This document shows positions 48,254-55,236 of a stretch of 64,000 bases of DNA, piece by piece. How positions within the stretch are numbered: the first letter of the stretch is position 1; each line of letters begins with the position of its first letter. The notes under the pieces were generated by a model, which saw only the letters and a list, made by a program, of their open reading frames with translations, ran no database searches and had not been told where the DNA came from. The translations under genes were made by a program, and so were the position numbers. This stretch comes from Capsulimonadaceae bacterium. Lineage in GTDB: Bacteria; Armatimonadota; Armatimonadia; Armatimonadales; Capsulimonadaceae. The stretch spans positions 1,280,001-1,344,000 of the forward strand of contig OZ244065.1 of NCBI GenBank assembly GCA_965215505.1, written 5' to 3'.

Positions 48254-48282
48254 ATTATACTTAAAATATACGCAAAGGTCAA
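48254..48282 (-). promoter_or_regulatory. near-consensus sigma70 promoter
   Basis: Minus strand TTGACC-N17-TATAAT with AT-rich upstream tract. Confidence 0.8.
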
Positions 48283-48367
48283 CAATTTTATATAAAAGTT
48301 TTATTAAGTTTCCGTTAAGTTTTCCGGCTGTTATATGCTAAACTAGGGCAAATGGAAAGGGACAACG

Positions 48368-49540
48368 ATGCCGACCTTATCTGACCCGATATCCGAACCG
48401 CTATCCGCCCTGCTCTCCGACAGGCCCGAAACCGCCTCCCCGTCCGTCGCCGTGGCGGACCACATCACCCGCCTGCGGCCCTATGTGCCGGGCAAGCCCA
48501 TCGAGGAAGTGCAGCGCGAATTGGGCCTGACGGACGTGATCAAGCTGGCCTCCAACGAGAACCCGCTCGGCCCCTCGCCGCGCGCCCTCGAGGCGCTCAC
48601 GGCGGCGGCGAGTGGCGTCGCGCTCTATCCCGAAGGCAGTGCGCCGGTCCTGCGGCGGGCCGTCGCGAAGGCGGTGGGGATGCCCGAGGACACCCTGGTT
48701 TTCGGTAACGGGAGCGACGAGGTCCTGCACCTGCTGGCCCTGACCTACTTGCAGCCGGGCGACGAAACCGTGCAGGGCGACCCTTCATTTGCCATGTACG
48801 AGATCTACGCGACCCAGTGCGATGCTCTTCCCATCAAAGTCCCCCTCCGAAACTTCACGCACGACCTGGACGCCATGGCGGCCGCCGTCACCGACCGGAC
48901 ACGCATGGTGTTCATCGCGAACCCGAACAACCCCACCGGCACCCTCGTCCGGCGCGAGGCCGTGGCAAAATTCCTGGACCGCATCCCCCGCGACGTGCTG
49001 GTTGTCCTGGACGAAGCCTACGACGAGTACGTTGACGTCCCCGACAAGCCCGACCTGCGTGCCCTCGTGCTGGAAGGCCGCAACGTGGTCATCCTCCACA
49101 CCTTCTCCAAGGCTTACGGCCTGGCGGGCCTGCGCGTCGGCTACGGCATCATGCGCCCCGAAATCGCCGCCCTGCTGAACCGCGTCCGCTCGCCCTTCAA
49201 CGTCAACCTGCCCGCCCAGGCCGCCGCCGCCGCCGCCCTGGAGGATACGGACCACGTCGCCCGCACCGTCGCCCTGAACGCCGAGGGCCGGGACTACTTC
49301 TACCGTGAGTTCGAGCGCATGGGCCTGGACTACGTCCCCAGCGAGGGCAACTTCGTCCTGGTAGATGTTGGCCGGGACGCCCGCTCGGTCTTCGAGGCCT
49401 TGCAGCACAAAGGCGTCATCGTCCGCTCCGCGCACGGGATGGGCCTGCCGCGCCACATCCGCGTGACGACAGGGACCATGCCGCAGAACCGGCGGTTCAT
49501 CGCGGCTCTGACGGAAGTGCTAACAAAGGAAGTTCAATGA
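48368..49540 (+). CDS. hisC: histidinol-phosphate aminotransferase
   Basis: KLASNENPLG, GNGSDE, NPNNPTG, DEAY, TFSKAYGLAGLRVGY. Confidence 0.95.
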   Translation: MPTLSDPISEPLSALLSDRPETASPSVAVADHITRLRPYVPGKPIEEVQRELGLTDVIKLASNENPLGPSPRALEALTAAASGVALYPEGSAPVLRRAVAKAVGMPEDTLVFGNGSDEVLHLLALTYLQPGDETVQGDPSFAMYEIYATQCDALPIKVPLRNFTHDLDAMAAAVTDRTRMVFIANPNNPTGTLVRREAVAKFLDRIPRDVLVVLDEAYDEYVDVPDKPDLRALVLEGRNVVILHTFSKAYGLAGLRVGYGIMRPEIAALLNRVRSPFNVNLPAQAAAAAALEDTDHVARTVALNAEGRDYFYREFERMGLDYVPSEGNFVLVDVGRDARSVFEALQHKGVIVRSAHGMGLPRHIRVTTGTMPQNRRFIAALTEVLTKEVQ

Positions 49541-51546
49541 CCGATACCAAACGCCCGATCACCGCCTACGATCTGCTGACATTGCAGAACGTCGGCGACC
49601 CGCAAGTCTCGCCCGACGGGGCGCGCGTCGCCTTCGTCCGCACGGCGACGGACACGGAGAAGAACACTTACCGGGGCGAGATCTGGGCCGCCCCCGCCGA
49701 CGGCAGCCGCCCGGCCCGGAAGTTCACGGGCGGGAAGTGGAACGACGGTGAACCGCGCTGGTCGCCGGACGGGGCGCGGATCGCCTTCGTCTCCAACCGG
49801 CAGGACGAGCAGGCGCAGGTGTTCCTCATCCCCGCCGACGGCGGCGAGGCGTCTGCCCTGACGCACCTGGAGGCGGGCGGCGTCCGCGGCCTGCGCTGGT
49901 CGCCGGACGGGGCGAAGATCGCTTTCCTATACCGGGCCACGCCGCACGACTACACGAAGAAGGCTGTGGAGGAGCGGAAGGCCAAAGGCCTTTCGTCGCC
50001 GCCGCGCGTCCACCTGCGCCTGGGCTACCGATACGATGGCTTCGGCTACTTCGACGGCTCGTACTGGCAGGTCTATGTCGCCGACGCGCAGACGGGCGAG
50101 GCACGGGCACTGACGGGCGGCGAGTTCTCCTGTGGGGATATTTGTTGGTCCCCGGACGGCAAGACGCTGGCTTTCCTGTCCGACCGCCGACCCGACGGGG
50201 ACGCCAGCGGCACGTCGGAGACGCAGATATGGACGGTTTCTGCCGAGGGCGGCGACATCGCCCTCCTCCCCTCCCCGCCTGGCGACAAGGGCGGCCTGGC
50301 CTGGTCCCCGGACGGAAGCTCGCTCGCCTACATCGGCAACCCGGACCCGCTGGATCAGTGGGGGACCAACAACGACCGCGTGTTCGTCCTGCCCGCCGGT
50401 GGCAGCGACACGGCGCGGGACCTGACGGGCCACACGGACAAGGCGGTCGGCGGCCTGACCATCGCGGACGTGGGCGGCGGGGGCGGCGAGGCCCTTGCTT
50501 GGAGTGCGGACGGCGCGCGCCTGTTCTTCCCAATCAGCGAGGACGGCGACACGCGCGTCTACAGCCTGCCGGCGGAGGGCGGGGAGCTGACGGCGCTGAC
50601 GCCCATCGGTCATGTGGTGGGCGGTTTCAGCATGGCAGGTGGGACGCTGGCCTACACGCTCGGCTCATCCACGATGCCCGCCGAGGTTTATGTCGGCGAC
50701 CGTCAGGTTTCCGACCTGAACCGGGCCTGGGCCGACGAGGTCGCGCTTCAGACCCCCACCCCCTTCGCGCTCGACGCCGGGGACGGCGGCACGGTCCCCG
50801 GATGGTTCCTCCTGCCCCCGGATTTCACGGCCGACGGAACCGCGCCGCTCGTCCTGTACGTCCACGGCGGGCCGCACTTGCAGTACGGCAATTCCCTGTT
50901 CCACGAGCTGCAATGGCTGACCGCGCAGGGCTACGTCGTCGCCTACGCCAACCCGCGCGGTTCCAAGGGCTATGGCGAGGCGCACACCAAGGCCATCAAG
51001 GGCCACTGGGGCGACCCCGCCCTGGCGGACTGCGAGCGCGTCGTGGACGAGGCCATCGCGCGGGGCTATGCCGACCCCAAGAAGACCGCCATCATGGGCG
51101 GCTCGTATGGCGGTTACCTGACGGCCTGGGCGGTCGGCCACACGGACCGCTTCGCCTGCGCCATCGCCGACCGGCTGGTCAACAACATCCACTCGATGTC
51201 GGGGACGTGCGACTTCCCCTGGTCGCACAGCACCTATTACGGCGGCAACGCCTGGGACGACCCCGCCGACCTGTGGCTCCATTCGCCGCTGGCCTATGCG
51301 GGCAAGATCAACACGCCGCTGCTCCTCATCCACTCCGACGGCGACCTGCGCTGCCCCGTTTCCCAGGCCGAGGAGCTGTTCGCCGCCCTGCGGCTGCAAA
51401 AGAAGCCTGTCGAGTTCATCCGCTACCCCGCCGAAACGTCCCACGGCCTGTCCCGCAGCGGCCCGCCCGATTTGCGGCTTGATCGGCTGCACCGGAACCT
51501 GACGTGGCTGGACAAGCATCTGAAAGAGGAGAAGACCCAACAATGA
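49537..51546 (+). CDS. S9 family peptidase (acylaminoacyl peptidase-like)
   Basis: WSPDG propeller repeats, VHGGP, GGSYGG, DLRCP, HGLSR. Confidence 0.95.
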   Translation: MTDTKRPITAYDLLTLQNVGDPQVSPDGARVAFVRTATDTEKNTYRGEIWAAPADGSRPARKFTGGKWNDGEPRWSPDGARIAFVSNRQDEQAQVFLIPADGGEASALTHLEAGGVRGLRWSPDGAKIAFLYRATPHDYTKKAVEERKAKGLSSPPRVHLRLGYRYDGFGYFDGSYWQVYVADAQTGEARALTGGEFSCGDICWSPDGKTLAFLSDRRPDGDASGTSETQIWTVSAEGGDIALLPSPPGDKGGLAWSPDGSSLAYIGNPDPLDQWGTNNDRVFVLPAGGSDTARDLTGHTDKAVGGLTIADVGGGGGEALAWSADGARLFFPISEDGDTRVYSLPAEGGELTALTPIGHVVGGFSMAGGTLAYTLGSSTMPAEVYVGDRQVSDLNRAWADEVALQTPTPFALDAGDGGTVPGWFLLPPDFTADGTAPLVLYVHGGPHLQYGNSLFHELQWLTAQGYVVAYANPRGSKGYGEAHTKAIKGHWGDPALADCERVVDEAIARGYADPKKTAIMGGSYGGYLTAWAVGHTDRFACAIADRLVNNIHSMSGTCDFPWSHSTYYGGNAWDDPADLWLHSPLAYAGKINTPLLLIHSDGDLRCPVSQAEELFAALRLQKKPVEFIRYPAETSHGLSRSGPPDLRLDRLHRNLTWLDKHLKEEKTQQ

Positions 51547-52565
51547 TCGTCGTCATGCAGGCGGGTGCCGCCGAAGCGCAGGTCCGCGAAGTCGAGGGCG
51601 CGCTCCAGGAGTGGGGGTACGAGATACATCCGATCTATGGCACCGAGCGCACCGTCATCGCCGCCGTCGGCACACCGACGCAGGACGAGGCCCATGTCGC
51701 CGATCAGGTCGAGTCGCTGCCCGCCGTCGAGCGGGCCGTGTTGATCCTGAAGCCGTACCGGTTCGCCTCCCGCGAGTACCGCCCCGAGAAGAGCGTCGTC
51801 AAAGTAGGAGACGTGACGGTCGGCGGGGAAGGCTTCGTGATGATGGCCGGCCCCTGCACAGTTGAGTCCGAGGAACAACTGATGGAGACGGCCCGCGCCG
51901 TTAAGGCCGCCGGCGCGACCGTGCTGCGCGGCGGGGCGTTCAAGCCCAGCACGTCCCCGTACTCGTTTCAAGGGATGGGCGAGGACGGCCTGAAGCTGCT
52001 GGCCCAGGCGCGCGAAGAGACGGGCCTGCCGGTCGTCACCGAGGTCATGCACATCGGCAACATTGACCTGGTCTGCAAGTACGCCGACATCTTGCAGATC
52101 GGGACCCGCAACATGCAGAACTACGACCTGCTCATCGAGGTCGGCAAGCTCAAAAAGCCGGTCATGCTCAAGCGCGGCATGTCGGCAAAGATCGAGGAGT
52201 GGCTTCAGGCCGCCGAGTACATCATCAAGGGCGGCAACGACGCCGTGATGCTCTGCGAGCGTGGCGTCCGCACCTTCGAGACTTACACCCGCAATACGCT
52301 AGACCTATCCGCCGTGCTGGCCGTGCGCGAGTTGTCCCATCTGCCCATCGTCGTAGACCCCTCCCAGGGCACGGGCCGGTCTTCCATGGTCCCCGCCATG
52401 TGCCGCGCGGCGCTGGCGGTCGGCGCGGACGGCCTGCTGGTGGAGGTCCACCCGAACCCGGAGAAGGCATTAAAAGACGGCGCGCAGTCCATCACCATCC
52501 CCGCCTTCCAGGCGATGATGAAGGAACTGGCGGCGGTGGGGGCGGCGGTAGGGCGGAAGATGTAA
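51543..52565 (+). CDS. aroF: DAHP synthase type I-beta with N-terminal regulatory domain
   Basis: AGPCTVE, LRGGAFKPSTSPYSFQG, GTRNMQN, CERGVRTFE. Confidence 0.95.
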   Translation: MIVVMQAGAAEAQVREVEGALQEWGYEIHPIYGTERTVIAAVGTPTQDEAHVADQVESLPAVERAVLILKPYRFASREYRPEKSVVKVGDVTVGGEGFVMMAGPCTVESEEQLMETARAVKAAGATVLRGGAFKPSTSPYSFQGMGEDGLKLLAQAREETGLPVVTEVMHIGNIDLVCKYADILQIGTRNMQNYDLLIEVGKLKKPVMLKRGMSAKIEEWLQAAEYIIKGGNDAVMLCERGVRTFETYTRNTLDLSAVLAVRELSHLPIVVDPSQGTGRSSMVPAMCRAALAVGADGLLVEVHPNPEKALKDGAQSITIPAFQAMMKELAAVGAAVGRKM

Positions 52566-52658
52566 ATTGCGGATGTTTCGCACAAGCGTTGCGGAAGTTT
52601 TGTCAAAGTGATGTAAAAAGTGTTGTAAATCTGTCAACACTTGTGCCACAATAAAATT

Positions 52659-52795
52659 AGAAGCGGCCTGCTCTCCGAATTGTCGCCTCCCCTAACCAAA
52701 TGGGGCCTGGTATGGATGCGTGCGTGGGACACATATTTCTCTAGGAAGCAGGTCAACCCTACTGCAAAAGCCAGTCAACATCGACTGGCTTTTTG
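52659..52795 (+). ncRNA. candidate structured ncRNA convergent with the DUF3800 gene
   Basis: Closing helix GGCCTGCT (52665-72)/AGCAGGTC (52747-54), inner CCCC/GGGG hairpin, upstream TTGTAA-N18-CACAAT, own terminator. Confidence 0.55.
52766..52794. terminator. bidirectional intrinsic terminator
   Basis: AAAAGCCAGTC-AACATC-GACTGGCTTTTT. Confidence 0.8.
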
Positions 52796-52798
52796 TTG

Positions 52799-53461
52799 TC
52801 ACGGCCACAGCAGCACTGAAACCTCTCGATGCTGTATGATCTTTCGGAACCTGCTGGATTTCTTTTTGTCTTCATGGCAGGCTCGAACGATTGCCCCACA
52901 AACCATGTCAGCCAGTTGAAGCAAGTTGTCCGTGTGAGATGGCTTCATGCGGACTTCCTTAATCCGCCGCCTATCACCCGGTTCGTTCATCCTCTGTTTC
53001 AGATACTTTTCAAGCTGCCGTTTAAACTCTTGGCCTCCCGTCGAATCTAGGGTAATGACTGCTTCGGTCAACCGGCTTTTAGCATTGTCAAGGACCAGCC
53101 CGCAGATGAAGTTATAGAATGCGCTCTTGTTGCTGATCCCCTGTGGGGCAAACCCTGCCTTATGGACAACCACCGAGAAAATGGCGAAGTCAAACTTGCT
53201 GACTGCTGTGAGAAAAGCCTCACGCTGATTGTTGCTGTTGTCGTTGAAATGGAACTCGGTCTTGCCACCGTTCTCCGACAATCCTAAGTCAGACCGCAAC
53301 TTCTCAATGCGATGCGACGCCGCCTCTGCTTCTTTGTTCTCCGTGAAGACCACGAGAGTGATAGTGAACTGCCCGCTCGAACCCTGACCTAACCTAAAGC
53401 CGGTATCCCCCGACTCATCAACAAAAACAAGCGTGGCTTCATTGTACCTTGCCGGTGACAA
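52799..53461 (-). CDS. DUF3800 domain protein (RNase H-like fold)
   Basis: VFVDESGD, EFHF, ITLD, LLQLADMVCG; lower GC than flanks. Confidence 0.85.
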   Translation of the reverse strand: MSPARYNEATLVFVDESGDTGFRLGQGSSGQFTITLVVFTENKEAEAASHRIEKLRSDLGLSENGGKTEFHFNDNSNNQREAFLTAVSKFDFAIFSVVVHKAGFAPQGISNKSAFYNFICGLVLDNAKSRLTEAVITLDSTGGQEFKRQLEKYLKQRMNEPGDRRRIKEVRMKPSHTDNLLQLADMVCGAIVRACHEDKKKSSRFRKIIQHREVSVLLWP

Positions 53462-53467
53462 TGTGCT

Positions 53468-53725
53468 TCATGCGCGATCCTCATATGCCAGCAGCGCCGC
53501 GTGTTCGGCGGCCGTTGCCTCCGCCATCGCCACATCTTCTTCGGCAAACTCCGCGTAGGCTGCCTTCATCGCAACGATGTCGTAAACAGGCCGGGGCCGG
53601 GCGGCGCGAATAGCCAGGAGCAGCAGGCGAGAGGCTAGGCGCGCGGTGTTTATACCTTGCTCCTGCGCCATCTGCCGGAGGTGCTGTGCGGTTTGCTCGT
53701 CTATCGTGATGGTCAGGGGCGTCAT
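53468..53725 (-). CDS. ribbon-helix-helix antitoxin-like protein
   Basis: LTITIDEQTAQHLRQMA N-terminus, acidic C-terminal helix. Confidence 0.6.
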   Translation of the reverse strand: MTPLTITIDEQTAQHLRQMAQEQGINTARLASRLLLLAIRAARPRPVYDIVAMKAAYAEFAEEDVAMAEATAAEHAALLAYEDRA

Positions 53726-53773
53726 GGGTTAATCATGCCACGGCCGGTGCTACTCCCGGATGAACATTCCGCC

Positions 53774-54163
53774 TCAGCCGGCGGAGGCCATTGCAAGGCC
53801 CGTTTCAGACGGTTCCAAGCAAACCTCGACAGGCGGCATCCTTATGAGCTTGGCTTCCTGCCTGTAGAGGCGACCGTGCATGACGACGTAAAACTCGAAG
53901 AGGGTTTCGTCGATGGTGGTCGTCAGGCGGCATTTCACGTCGCCCTCGGCACTACCGATGAGGGGCGCGGCCCTGCACAAGAACTTCACGACCTTGCGGC
54001 CCGCGTCGCGCCCACTGTAGACAAAGTCCAGGTGGTGTGTGCCGACACTCACCTCAAGGTCTCCCAGCAGTTCTTTGGCCGCCCGTTCTATCTGTTGGAC
54101 AGCTTCCAGCCTCAAACCAGGCAGCGTCAGGTAGGCGCTGTATTCGGCGATCTCGATGTTCAT
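53774..54163 (-). CDS. hypothetical protein
   Basis: GAGGAGG RBS; 129 aa. Confidence 0.6.
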   Translation of the reverse strand: MNIEIAEYSAYLTLPGLRLEAVQQIERAAKELLGDLEVSVGTHHLDFVYSGRDAGRKVVKFLCRAAPLIGSAEGDVKCRLTTTIDETLFEFYVVMHGRLYRQEAKLIRMPPVEVCLEPSETGLAMASAG

Positions 54164-54210
54164 GGTTCGTCCTCCTCAGGAGAGATGAGACAAACGGCCC
54201 CCACCCCCCG

Positions 54211-54320
54211 CCCCTCCCCCGCAAGCGGGAGAGGGGAGCATGAAGGAGGGGCTGAGGGAGAGGAAAAGCCCCCCGGCCTCATCCTAATCTGGCTCCCCTC
54301 TCCCGCTTGCGGGGGAGGGG
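54211..54320. repeat. 29-bp perfect inverted repeat pair (REP-like palindromic element)
   Basis: CCCCTCCCCCGCAAGCGGGAGAGGGGAGC (54211-54239) and its reverse complement (54292-54320). Confidence 0.88.
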
Positions 54321-54339
54321 GCCGAACACACCAGAGACT

Positions 54340-55014
54340 TCACGAGAACCGCTCCTCGGTCCAGGGGTCGGCGTGGTTGTGGTAGCCGCGCACCTCCCAG
54401 AAGCCGCGCTTGTCGGCGGGCAGGAACTCGATGCGGTTGAGGAACTTGGCACCTTTCCAGGCGTACAAGTGCGGCGTGATGATGCGGATGGGGGCACCGT
54501 GTTCGCGCGGGATCGGCTCACCGTCGAGCGCGTAGGCGACGATGACGTCCGGGTGCATCAGCTCCTCAAGGGCGTTGTTCGTGGTGTAGCCGTCCTTGCC
54601 GTACTGCATGACGTGGGTGGCGTCGGGGTGCGGTTCGACCAGGTCGGCCAGGCTCTCAAACGGGATGCCGGTCCAGTGCAGGTCGTAGCGGCTCCAGTGC
54701 GTGACGCAGTGGAAGTCCGCCGTCAGGTCTAGGCCGGGGAGGCTCCGCAGGTCGTCCAGGCTGAGGGAGACGGGGTTGTTCACGGCCCCGTCGATCGTCA
54801 GGCGGAACTTGGCGGGCAGGAACATCGGCTGGACGCCGAGGTCCAGGACGGGGAACTTCTCAGTGAGGTACTGGCCGGGCGGGAGGCGCTGGGAGCGCGG
54901 GGCGGCGACGCGGGTCCCCGTCTCGCCGCGCGCCTGGGCGCGCTCGACGGCCTTCTGCTTGACGTGCAGGTACTTCTCGCTGTACTCGGTGGCGTTATTC
55001 GTGTCGCTGGGCAT
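54340..55014 (-). CDS. sulfite oxidase-like molybdopterin oxidoreductase
   Basis: RLPPGQ, DFHCVTHWS, EHGAPIR, YAWKGAK, GFWEVRGYH. Confidence 0.92.
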   Translation of the reverse strand: MPSDTNNATEYSEKYLHVKQKAVERAQARGETGTRVAAPRSQRLPPGQYLTEKFPVLDLGVQPMFLPAKFRLTIDGAVNNPVSLSLDDLRSLPGLDLTADFHCVTHWSRYDLHWTGIPFESLADLVEPHPDATHVMQYGKDGYTTNNALEELMHPDVIVAYALDGEPIPREHGAPIRIITPHLYAWKGAKFLNRIEFLPADKRGFWEVRGYHNHADPWTEERFS

Positions 55015-55031
55015 GGTCTTTCTGGACTTTC

Positions 55032-55223
55032 TTAGCCGTTGTTAGGGGTCCGGGCGGGGCGCTGGCCGGGCTGGCCGGGCGTCTGGCGGGGCAGTACGTC
55101 GGGGCGGGAAAATCCGTGCGACCCGCGGCGCGGGAAGACGGGGCCTTTGTCTTTTGGGGCGCGCAATGGGCGGGTTTCGGCGGACCCGCCCCACCCTCCG
55201 TGGCTGTGCTTCGTCATCGGCAT
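55032..55223 (-). CDS. small basic Gly/Pro/Arg-rich protein
   Basis: Fills the glnD-oxidoreductase gap with short spacers, host-like codon usage. Confidence 0.45.
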   Translation of the reverse strand: MPMTKHSHGGWGGSAETRPLRAPKDKGPVFPRRGSHGFSRPDVLPRQTPGQPGQRPARTPNNG

Positions 55224-55236
55224 GGTCTGATCGTGG

